Source: Planctomycetota bacterium (GTDB lineage Bacteria > Planctomycetota > UBA11346). Taken from it: 64,000 nucleotides of DNA. Positions within the stretch are counted from its first letter, which is position 1. Every line of letters starts with the position of its first letter. The translations under genes and the position numbers were made by a program. Location of the stretch: assembly GCA_031426335.1 (NCBI GenBank), contig JANPLC010000111.1:2384-66383 (forward strand), given 5' to 3'. The notes under the pieces are model-generated. The model was given only the letters and a program-made list of their open reading frames with translations. It had not been told where the DNA came from and ran no database searches. Shown here piece by piece: positions 56,901 to 64,000 of the stretch.

Positions 56901-59900
56901 CAGCGAACGTCGCAGCTTTGTCGGCCGTGACGATTTGGTGCGCACGTTGCCACCGCTGGCTGCGCGCCAATTGCTCGATGCCGGTGATACCGCCGGCGCT
57001 GCCACCGTGCTGACGCGCCAGATCGGCACCAGCCTGGACGCCGACGTGCGCCGCACCGCCAACCTGGCGTTGGCGGATCTCTACCGTCTGGCGGGTTACC
57101 CGCAGGAAGCCGGCGAACGGTACAAGCGTCTGGAGCAACGCCCGGACCTCAGCGATGATCAACGTCAGGCGCTGCGCGATGGCCTGCAACGCGTGCGTGG
57201 TGCGCGCGCCGACGGCGCGGCCTTTCCGGTGTCGCTCGATGCCAACACCTTGATCGCCACCGGCGATCGTGCGCTGAGCGGCGGTGACGCCGCGCGGGCG
57301 CTGCGTTCCTACCAGCGCGCCATTGATCAGTACGGTGACGCGTTGCTCAAGCGCGATGAACGCACGTTGGTCGGCGTCGCCGCGCTGGTCGGCGAAAAGC
57401 TGCGTGGCCTTGATGCCGCTGGTCAAGAAGCCTACCGCAAACTCGCTGACCGTCGTGCTGACGAAGCACTCGCGCGTGCCGGTGGCGATCCCACCGCGCT
57501 CGGCGAAGTCGCCGTCGCGTATCCAGCAACTGGCGCTGCGGCGTCGGCGTTGCTGCGTATCGCCGACCTCGCACTCGAAGCTGGCCACGGCAACCGGGCA
57601 ACCGCCGCGCTCGCCGCGTTGTCCGCGGGCAGCGACCGCAAGCTGGGCGTGCAACTGGCCGCGCGACGCGCGTTCGCGCTGGAACTGACCGGTGAACGTG
57701 CTGGCGCCGAGGCCGCCTATGACGCGCTGGCCAAAGACTATGCCGACGTGCCGCTGATGATCGGCGGCGTCGAACGGCCGACGAAGCAATTTGTCGCTGA
57801 GCGCAAAGCGGCACTTGCCGCACGCACCGGACGCCAGGACTGGCCGACCGCCGGTGGTTCTTCCGCCCGCACTGGTCTGGGCCTGGGCACACCCGTCCCT
57901 GCCGCGCTGGTGAGCGAGACCATGCTGCCAGTGGCGTTGGCGCAGCAGGTCGCAGCGCATCGTTTCGCGCCGTCATCCTACCATCACTTGGCGCTGCAAC
58001 CGGCGGTGGTCGACGGCGTGGCTTACCTCGCCAGCGATGCCGGCCTGTACGCGGTGAACTTGAGTGACGGCACGCTGCGCTGGCGCGCCGATGTGGCACC
58101 GAGCGACGCGCCGGCGTTTGCCGGCAACTACGACGGCACGGTCAGCGTCGCCGACAGCTTGGTCGCTGCGCGCGTACGTCGAGGCGGTGCACGCGTGATC
58201 GAAGTGCGTGAAGCCAGCACCGGCGCACTGCGCTGGGCAAGCGCCACGCTGCTGGGTGCGAGCGACGCCATCAGTCCGCCGGCAGTGACCGACGGATTGG
58301 TCTACGTGGTGTTCAATGAACGCGACAACCGGTCGCGCAATACCCTCGCGGCCTTCGATCTGCGCGACGGTACGCTGCGTTGGCGGACGCCGTTGGCGGA
58401 CGGCGTCGCCAGCTTGGTGACCGCAGCGCAGCAGGAAATCGGCCTCGGCGAACACCTCGCCGCGCCGACCATTGCTGGCGGTGTGGTGTACGTCGCCACC
58501 GACATGGGTGGCGTGGTGGCGGCGGATGCGCTCACCGGCCGCGTCCACTGGGCCGCGACGTACCCGCGTTCCCGTCTTGATGCGGTGGCCAGTGCGCCGC
58601 TCATTCGGCGCCTGGCCAACCGCGCCCCGCGGGTAGTGGTGGCCGGTGAGACGCTCTACGTTGCACCGCGCGATACGCTCGCGCTGCTCGCCATCCGCCG
58701 CCTCGATGGCGCGGTGTGCTGGAGCCAAGCATTCAGCGATACACACGCGCTCATCGGTGTGGCTAGCGGCGCGCTCTACACTCAGGGTGATGGCATCACC
58801 TGCCTTGATGCGGCCACCGGTTCCGTGCGTTGGCGTTGGCGCAGCGGCACGCTGCACGGCGTGGCCGGACTTGGGATCGGACGGCTGTATGGCGCGACCA
58901 ACGAGGCTCTGGTCGAACTGGATGCGGCCGATGGTCGGATGGTTGGTCGACGGGCATGGAGCGAGTTCGCTCAGAGCGTACCGCTGGGCAACTTCATCGC
59001 GTTGAGTGACCGTCTGATAGCGGTGGGCGAAGACCGCGTCGTGGTGCTTGGCGCTGGTGACACCAAGACCGCCAAGCGGCAACAAATAGCACCACCCCCA
59101 ACCGCGACGCTCGGCACCACCGGTCTGCCGGCGGCACCGTTGACGCCGCCGTTGGCGCTGCGCTGGAACCTCAGCGCTGCGGGCGCGACGGCGCTGCACC
59201 GCGTCGGCAGTTCATTGTATGCGGACCTGGGTGATCGCCTGGTGCGCCTGGGTGACGACGGCGAACGTTTGGTGTGGTCGGGCGACAGCGCCGATGAGAT
59301 CGACGCGCTGGATACCGCTGGCGGCCTGCTGTTGTCGTTGCACGAACGCGCGCTGATCGCGCGTCGCGCGGATGACGGCCGTCTGGCCTGGACGCAGGCG
59401 CTGCCCATCGAAGACAGCGGCTTCACCCTTGATCGTGACGAAGAGCGCAAACCCAAGCGCCGTGGAGCGGTGCTACTGAGCGGCGACCAGTCGCTCGTCG
59501 CGCTCCGTCTCCTGGGCACCAACTCCGTGACGCTCTTCGATGCCGCCACCGGTAACCCGCGTGGACGTCTGAGCTATTCGGGAACGTTGGTCGCTTGCGA
59601 AGTGGCCGGTGGCCGCATCGTCGGCGTACGCCACACGGGCGAAAAACTCACCGTCGATGTGCGCACCATGCAGGGCGATGTGGTGTGGAGCGAGGAACTG
59701 AAAGCCCAAGTCCGCGAAGCGCGCCACGTGATCGCCGCTCTCGATGAAACGCGCACCACGTTGATCCTGGCGGGAGAACGCCTGACGGCGGCCATCGACG
59801 TGGGCGTCAAACCGGCAGTGCGTTGGGTGGAGACTCCGGAGATCGGCGAAGGGCCGAGCATCAGCTTCCTCAAGGACCGCATCGCGGTGTTCGCCCGCCG

Positions 59901-62900
59901 TCAGGGCCAGCAGTGGATGCTCCATCTTCTGGAAGCGACCACTGGCCGCCTGATCGCTTCCGTCGAGACGCAACGTCGCGATCGCCTAGAAGACGGTGAA
60001 AAGCCGATCTTCATCGGTGATCGTTGGATCTCGTTCGGCGAACAGAACGACCGCTTGTTGGTGATCTGCCGCGAACTCGCCACACCGGACAAAAAGCTGT
60101 GGAGCACCGACGTCGGCCACCGACATCAGAAGGGCTTGGTTGGAAGCGCAGTAGTCGGACAGACCTTGGTGCTGGTCAGCATCGATGAGGGACGGCGCTG
60201 CTCGTGGACTACCATCGAACTCAGCAATGGGCGCGTCAGCGGCACCGGTCGCGTCGATGGCATCGAACCCGCGGGACGCGAGGAACGCGTGGACGTAGCC
60301 GCGATCGGCAACCTGGTGGTGTGCGCGTCGAACCGCGGCGTGGTTGCGCTTGGCGGCCTGCCGCCGGCTGCCGATCCACTGAAAGCCGCGTTGGCAAAAC
60401 TGCGCCAGGGTGATGGCACGCCGACTGGTGATCTGCTACTGACGGTGCAGTCGCCGCCGGAAGCGCCGGCACTGGCGAGCGAAAAGCCGGTGCGTGTCGA
60501 TGGTCAGCTGAACGAGTGGAGCGGCGATGCCGCCATCGTGCTCGACCAGCGCCGTCAGGTGCGCGATTCAAACACGTGGAATGGTGCTGCGGATCTTTCG
60601 GCGCGCGCACGTGTGCAGTGGGATCCCGCGTACGTCTATGTCGCGCTGGAGGTCACCGACGATCGCTGGCAGCCCGCGGTCCCAGGCGCCAACCTCGACG
60701 ACGGCGACAGCGTGGTGCTTGGCATCGATCCCGATCCGACGCGCGACGGTGGCGAAGTGCAGCCCTTGGTGGTGTCGGTGGCGTTGGTGGATGGACGCAC
60801 GCGCATCGTGCAACGTTCCGGAACGGCCATCGGCCAGCTGAACGAAGACGATCAACCGGAAAACCGTGACGGCGAACAGCTGCATGCGCGCGTGATTCGC
60901 ACGGCGAACGGCTGGAGTGGCGAGATCGCGGTGCCATGGGCGATGCTGCGCGTCAATCCGAGCGAACGTCCAGGTTGGCGTACCGACCTGGGGCTCGGCC
61001 TGCTGGTCGTCGACCGCGACGGTGAGCGCAAACAAGCGATCGAATGGGGCGCCGGCTTGTCCGACCGCCTCAGCGATCGGCGCTTTGGCCGCGCCAAGTG
61101 CATCGACCTGACCGGCGAACGAATTGCTGGTTACCGCAAGTTCATCGACCTGCTTGGCGATCATCCCTATGCGTGGCGCTTCGCTCGCCGCATCGCCGCG
61201 ACGCACTTGGGTGTCGCTGGTCTACCTGGGCGCATCAGCGAGATCGAACGCTACGTCACCGCGCAGCCGCAGGCCGCGTCCACTGGGACGGCGCTCGCTG
61301 AGTTGGTGCGTCTGCGTCGCGCACTTGGTGATGAAGGTCCCGTCGCTGCGGTCGCGGCCTTTGCCGCCAAAGCCAAGGTCCCGCCGCGCCTCATCGGTGA
61401 TGGCGTTGGTCCGTCTGACAAAACCGGCAAACAAGGTCGGGCGCTGCGCCAGTGGGTGCGCATCGACGCGGAACGTCCGCCGCTCGAAGTGCTGATCCAG
61501 GTCCGCACCAAAGACAGCGACTGGAATCAACGCGCGTACTGGGGCCAGGATCTGATCCAATGGGGCGAGCCGCTGACGACACAACGCTGGCCGATGGGCC
61601 CGCTGCCCAAGCCTGGCACGTGGACCGCGTTGGTTATTCCGCTGGCAGCAATCGGGCTCGACGGCCGCGAGATCGACAATGTCAGTTTCAGCGTACACGG
61701 CGGTGACGTGAAATGGGGCGCGACCGAGTGGCTCGACGGCGAGAAGGTCACCACCTTGATCGATCCGGCGAAACCACCGCGCTTCGATCGCGGCGTGCAA
61801 GGCAGCGACACTGATGGCCGCAAGGCGCATGGTCTTGGCCCGCAAGGTGGCGAAGCGACGTTCCGTGTGGCCGACAACGGCGCGATCGCCGTCGATCTGC
61901 GTGGGCCGGCCGCGACGCAACCCGACCAGGCGCGCCTCCAGCGTTTCGCAGAAGCCGCGCGGTTGATCTCGCGCACCGATGAAGCGGTGGAAATGATGCA
62001 GTGGTCGGAGGCCATGCTCACCGGCGAAGGTGCCGCACGTGAACAGGCGCTGATCGCCCACTACCAAGCGTTCCTCGCCGCTGATCCGCAAACCCCGCAA
62101 GCCGCGCGTATGCTGACGCACCTGCGCCAGATGTTGGAGCAATGGACTGAGGGCAAGGACCCAGCGAAACGTGCCGCCGCGGTGACGCGCATCGGCACGC
62201 TGATGGACGACGTCAAGCTCTCGCGCGAACAACGGCGCGCGTTCCATGCTGGCTACGCCCCGGTGCTGATCGAATGGCGCGCCATCGGTTGGTTCGATCC
62301 GGGCAAGGGCGCTGCCAACCTGGGCGAAGCTCTGCCAGTCGAACGCGGGGCGCTCGATTTCTCGCAGTCTATCGCTCTCGGTGATGGACGCACGATCGGC
62401 TGGAAGGCCATCACCGGCGACTGGAACCGCGTGACCGCGGAAAAAATAAGCTCCAAGGAACGTGGTCGTTGGCCGGTGGTGTGTTTCGCCACCCGCATCG
62501 AAGTGCCGGCCGCCACCGAGGCCGTGCTCTACCTCGCTATCAATGGTCGCGCAGTCGCGCTGGTGAATGGCAAACGCCTCGGCGGCGTGGTCAGCGGCGA
62601 TGGTCACATGACACGCGACGCCATCGCGCTGCCGGTGAAGTTGGAGAAGGGGCTCAATGAGGTGCTGCTGAAACTGAGTGATCGCGAGGGCAACTCGCAG
62701 TTCATCTGCCGCTTCGCTGATCGTTCGGGAAAACCCATCGACGGCTTGGTGCCGCGTCTGCCACCGGATGTGGTGCGCGCGCACGTCGATGATGCGACCA
62801 CCGTGAAGCTGACGTTTTCCACCGCGGTGGATCCCGTCACTGCCGGCAACGTGGCCGCGTACGCACTCGACCGCGACGCCAAGGTCACCGCAGTCAAGGT

Positions 62901-63486
62901 CAGCAAAGAGAAAGACAAGGAGCCGCGTTCGGTGATTTTGACGGTGAGCCCGCTCAGCGGCTCGGCCGACTACACGCTGCGCATCACCGGCGTCACGGCG
63001 ACCAACGGCACGCCGACGGCCCCAGGAACGCGCGTGACGCTACGCCCCCCGAGCGCCGGCGATCGTGGTCTGCGCGCGGAGTTCTTCAGCGGTCGCGAGT
63101 TCACCGAACGCCTGACCGGACGCATCGATCCGATCGTCGACTTCGCCTGGGAGGACGGCGAACAACCCGATCCCGCCGTGCCGAGCGAGAGCTTCTGTGT
63201 GCGTTGGACTGGCTCGGTACAGATCTCCAAGGGTGGGCGCTGGAACTTCTTCGTCACCAGCGACGACGGCTGCCGCCTCTTCATCGACGGCAAGCAGATC
63301 ATCGATGCGTGGCGCGATCGCGCGCCTGAGGAATCTACCGGCACCACCGAACTGAAACACGGCAAACACGAGATCCGCCTGGAATATTTCCAAGGCGGCT
63401 CAGGGAAGGCGGCACACCTGGCATGGGAAGGCCCCGGCCAAGAGAAGGCGATCATCGCGGCGGAGTTCCTGACGCCGCCGAAGTGA
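53908..63486 (+). CDS. giant secreted multidomain protein (3192 aa): beta-sandwich repeats, TPR-like helical regions, PQQ-like beta-propeller, CBM9/DOMON-like module, Ig-like domain, C-terminal PA14 domain
   Basis: Single uninterrupted ORF with signal peptide MKPFALLLVLLCSLPLTAA.
- PQQ/BamB-like repeats (GLVYVVFNERDN...GTLRWRTPL; GGVVYVATDMGGVVAADALTGRVHWA).
- CBM9-like module (VDGQLNEWSGDAAIV...WDPAYVYVALEVTDD).
- PA14-like C-terminus (GLRAEFFSGREF...FCVRWTGSVQISKGGRWNFFVTSDDGCRLFIDGKQIIDAW).
- Three copies of a ~80-aa beta-sandwich unit. Confidence 0.8.
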   Translation: MKPFALLLVLLCSLPLTAADLVWPATHTGDQPPAGWEIQTGEGASLRFAAGDLVIQALPHRHALVSRELGIDGSDAKPLVITALVAADNARALGGLPTAIALWWDAENAVQIGLSGGQIEAVEHWDASRRRGWAQWIAGGTVGRASTEQPLYVNEAPAHVRLVVSSNDVAAAISADGVNWRVLATLPRVGTPLAKTPVRLVVGRGHVGDDKEKRRPALANDLRDIGVKEALTTRVADLTITNGAAALPRARLVAKATGFEDLREADLDATTVAQWHLLGPLPPSDKAYGIEEARDLSGGLPLIAGQDVRWKPYVGESPADRRTFSLKRAVKSEREHQVLYAATIITCEAPRYERVWFDGARAATLFVNGRQIAEKRMSWESDIVADRYVATVRLAAGQNLLLIRLKAAHDGQCRLALRHEAATPLQRIADLTQAIAAYGMDGDACVAAWLEISQWWEVLGQRRLATEALGRGLEREGLTGTQLDALSFARARLHGELRDEKAVLADIEELAKRRLLGEDGDRPTTRLNLVRLWERMGFPDRALGAAEELIKDTTIDASTLSEAGLERARLRVLLKQEAPIPGELRAIAARLPASDPLAFELHLAALRRDRDAAAALAVAVNDRARQARVFAVQAALAEEKNDAAGRVAALRKLITVSDGESTWESLQSELAEALAPSDRAGAISAYKAALDRAPAAAHPLVVAARKIAEAATGDAALGKWRAAAAQAALADSEAGARLLTDALKTPANLPTGDGEALTAPVITDFHVIGPFANPDFIAYSKPPVNPEKIDLNNQVQGKRWTRPGKEAYRDGILNLSALYNANDSVAFAYRAIAVAVAGDGELLLGSDDGLTVWFNGQKVHEDRDNRGVQPGQIRIPVKFTAGTNRILCMVQNGNGDWGLHLRIGGAATGSRGLAEILAMLEQDARRPRAAEALLEMVGGEVGSDRGEDATALSRLGLRALSDAPVAQAAMVRRLIDERRDRPRLLKDASGPVRWLLSASERRSFVGRDDLVRTLPPLAARQLLDAGDTAGAATVLTRQIGTSLDADVRRTANLALADLYRLAGYPQEAGERYKRLEQRPDLSDDQRQALRDGLQRVRGARADGAAFPVSLDANTLIATGDRALSGGDAARALRSYQRAIDQYGDALLKRDERTLVGVAALVGEKLRGLDAAGQEAYRKLADRRADEALARAGGDPTALGEVAVAYPATGAAASALLRIADLALEAGHGNRATAALAALSAGSDRKLGVQLAARRAFALELTGERAGAEAAYDALAKDYADVPLMIGGVERPTKQFVAERKAALAARTGRQDWPTAGGSSARTGLGLGTPVPAALVSETMLPVALAQQVAAHRFAPSSYHHLALQPAVVDGVAYLASDAGLYAVNLSDGTLRWRADVAPSDAPAFAGNYDGTVSVADSLVAARVRRGGARVIEVREASTGALRWASATLLGASDAISPPAVTDGLVYVVFNERDNRSRNTLAAFDLRDGTLRWRTPLADGVASLVTAAQQEIGLGEHLAAPTIAGGVVYVATDMGGVVAADALTGRVHWAATYPRSRLDAVASAPLIRRLANRAPRVVVAGETLYVAPRDTLALLAIRRLDGAVCWSQAFSDTHALIGVASGALYTQGDGITCLDAATGSVRWRWRSGTLHGVAGLGIGRLYGATNEALVELDAADGRMVGRRAWSEFAQSVPLGNFIALSDRLIAVGEDRVVVLGAGDTKTAKRQQIAPPPTATLGTTGLPAAPLTPPLALRWNLSAAGATALHRVGSSLYADLGDRLVRLGDDGERLVWSGDSADEIDALDTAGGLLLSLHERALIARRADDGRLAWTQALPIEDSGFTLDRDEERKPKRRGAVLLSGDQSLVALRLLGTNSVTLFDAATGNPRGRLSYSGTLVACEVAGGRIVGVRHTGEKLTVDVRTMQGDVVWSEELKAQVREARHVIAALDETRTTLILAGERLTAAIDVGVKPAVRWVETPEIGEGPSISFLKDRIAVFARRQGQQWMLHLLEATTGRLIASVETQRRDRLEDGEKPIFIGDRWISFGEQNDRLLVICRELATPDKKLWSTDVGHRHQKGLVGSAVVGQTLVLVSIDEGRRCSWTTIELSNGRVSGTGRVDGIEPAGREERVDVAAIGNLVVCASNRGVVALGGLPPAADPLKAALAKLRQGDGTPTGDLLLTVQSPPEAPALASEKPVRVDGQLNEWSGDAAIVLDQRRQVRDSNTWNGAADLSARARVQWDPAYVYVALEVTDDRWQPAVPGANLDDGDSVVLGIDPDPTRDGGEVQPLVVSVALVDGRTRIVQRSGTAIGQLNEDDQPENRDGEQLHARVIRTANGWSGEIAVPWAMLRVNPSERPGWRTDLGLGLLVVDRDGERKQAIEWGAGLSDRLSDRRFGRAKCIDLTGERIAGYRKFIDLLGDHPYAWRFARRIAATHLGVAGLPGRISEIERYVTAQPQAASTGTALAELVRLRRALGDEGPVAAVAAFAAKAKVPPRLIGDGVGPSDKTGKQGRALRQWVRIDAERPPLEVLIQVRTKDSDWNQRAYWGQDLIQWGEPLTTQRWPMGPLPKPGTWTALVIPLAAIGLDGREIDNVSFSVHGGDVKWGATEWLDGEKVTTLIDPAKPPRFDRGVQGSDTDGRKAHGLGPQGGEATFRVADNGAIAVDLRGPAATQPDQARLQRFAEAARLISRTDEAVEMMQWSEAMLTGEGAAREQALIAHYQAFLAADPQTPQAARMLTHLRQMLEQWTEGKDPAKRAAAVTRIGTLMDDVKLSREQRRAFHAGYAPVLIEWRAIGWFDPGKGAANLGEALPVERGALDFSQSIALGDGRTIGWKAITGDWNRVTAEKISSKERGRWPVVCFATRIEVPAATEAVLYLAINGRAVALVNGKRLGGVVSGDGHMTRDAIALPVKLEKGLNEVLLKLSDREGNSQFICRFADRSGKPIDGLVPRLPPDVVRAHVDDATTVKLTFSTAVDPVTAGNVAAYALDRDAKVTAVKVSKEKDKEPRSVILTVSPLSGSADYTLRITGVTATNGTPTAPGTRVTLRPPSAGDRGLRAEFFSGREFTERLTGRIDPIVDFAWEDGEQPDPAVPSESFCVRWTGSVQISKGGRWNFFVTSDDGCRLFIDGKQIIDAWRDRAPEESTGTTELKHGKHEIRLEYFQGGSGKAAHLAWEGPGQEKAIIAAEFLTPPK

Positions 63487-63502
63487 TTGCGGATCACCGT
63501 GG

Positions 63503-63637
63503 GGCGACTCGGTAACCGCAGAGACGCAGAGCACCGCAGAGGGCCGCAGAGCGCAGAAAACGGGTGGATAAAGCCGTCGAGTTTCGTCTCTGCGGCCCTC
63601 CTCTCACCTCTGCGTCTCTGCGGTTAACGAGTCGCTC
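63503..63637 (+). terminator. very long (~50-bp stem) imperfect hairpin immediately after the giant gene, probable operon terminator/structured element
   Basis: GGGCGACTCGGTAACCGCAGAGACGCAGAG...GGGCCGCAGAG (63503-63550) pairs with CTCTGCGGCCC...CTCTGCGTCTCTGCGGTTAACGAGTCGCTCC (63587-63637), with a 36-nt loop. It is followed by GATTTTGG. Confidence 0.45.
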
Positions 63638-63750
63638 CACGGCGATTTTGGTCAGGGGGTTCACTCTCCCCCGGCGTCTCGCCTGACCTCCCAGTAGCCC
63701 GCCGGGAACTCCGCCACACCATCCGCGCTTCACCCGTTGGGAAGTGCGCC

Positions 63751-64000
63751 ATGCCGATCATCAAAGCCGAAGAAGCCACCAAGGACTACGACGTCATCAT
63801 CGTCGGTTCCGGAGCCGGCGGCGGGCAGATGGCGTTCACGCTGACGCTCGCAGGCATCAAGTGCCTGATGCTGGAATCCGGCCGTGCATACGATCCCGTC
63901 GCGGAAACACCGATGTTTCAGCGTAACGATCAGGCGCCGCTGCTGGGCTCTGCGACGCCGGACAAACAATTTTTTGGTTTTCATGACGCCACCATCGATG
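63751..64000 (+). CDS. GMC-family FAD-dependent oxidoreductase, 5' part (continues beyond the window)
   Basis: Translation [44 protein letters not shown] has the GMC N-terminal FAD-binding GxGxxG motif. No stop within the window. Confidence 0.55.
   Translation, partial: MPIIKAEEATKDYDVIIVGSGAGGGQMAFTLTLAGIKCLMLESGRAYDPVAETPMFQRNDQAPLLGSATPDKQFFGFHDATID

Noticed and set aside
54811-62784. Numerous internal and antisense ORFs (e.g. 55903..56673, 56776..57960, 57973..59199, 61222..62784) within the 3192-aa gene
   Set aside because: A single 9.6-kb frame with signal peptide and recognisable domains runs through. The others are typical high-GC shadow ORFs.
1-64000. Search for tRNA/rRNA genes, CRISPR arrays, transposases or integrases
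   Set aside because: I found no cloverleaf-compatible 70-90-nt segments with conserved T-loop (GTTCRANYC) in intergenic regions, no regularly spaced direct repeats, and no transposase/integrase-like ORFs. The short tandem and inverted repeats found are listed as features instead.

Overview
GC-rich (~65-70%) bacterial chromosomal segment with tightly packed genes. The gene content (prenyltransferase/squalene-oxidase-repeat proteins, cupredoxin+PQQ-propeller pairs, Bat/MoxR operon with giant secreted proteins) suggests a PVC-like or similar environmental lineage, but that is inference only. I found no rRNA, tRNA, CRISPR, transposase or integrase. Main content, left to right:
- An XRE-type HTH regulator divergent from a polytopic membrane protein.
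- A short lower-GC islet with a tiny membrane protein.
- A malic enzyme with an N-terminal ACT domain.
- A DUF4212 + SSS-family symporter operon.
- An AAA+ ATPase translationally coupled to a membrane-anchored partner.
- A HAD/5'-nucleotidase-like gene, an S9 (DPP-IV-like) peptidase, a cupredoxin + PQQ-like propeller pair, a C39-like peptidase, and bioA.
- A flagellar filament locus: flaG-fliD-fliS on the minus strand, two tandem ~826-aa giant flagellins on the plus strand, and a Maf/DUF115 putative flagellin glycosyltransferase. This converges on a minus-strand nonulosonic-acid (legionaminic/pseudaminic-like) biosynthesis operon that includes a NeuA-NeuB fusion.
- A ~22-kb MoxR-DUF58-BatA/VWA operon that continues through a Q/A-rich coiled-coil protein, an alpha-toroid (prenyltransferase-like) protein and a secreted protein into a 3192-aa secreted giant (PQQ-propeller, triplicated beta-sandwich, CBM9-like, Ig-like, PA14). 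The operon is closed by a ~135-nt hairpin.
Several unusual non-coding structures are listed as findings: long hairpins, paired palindromes, tandem octamer repeats.
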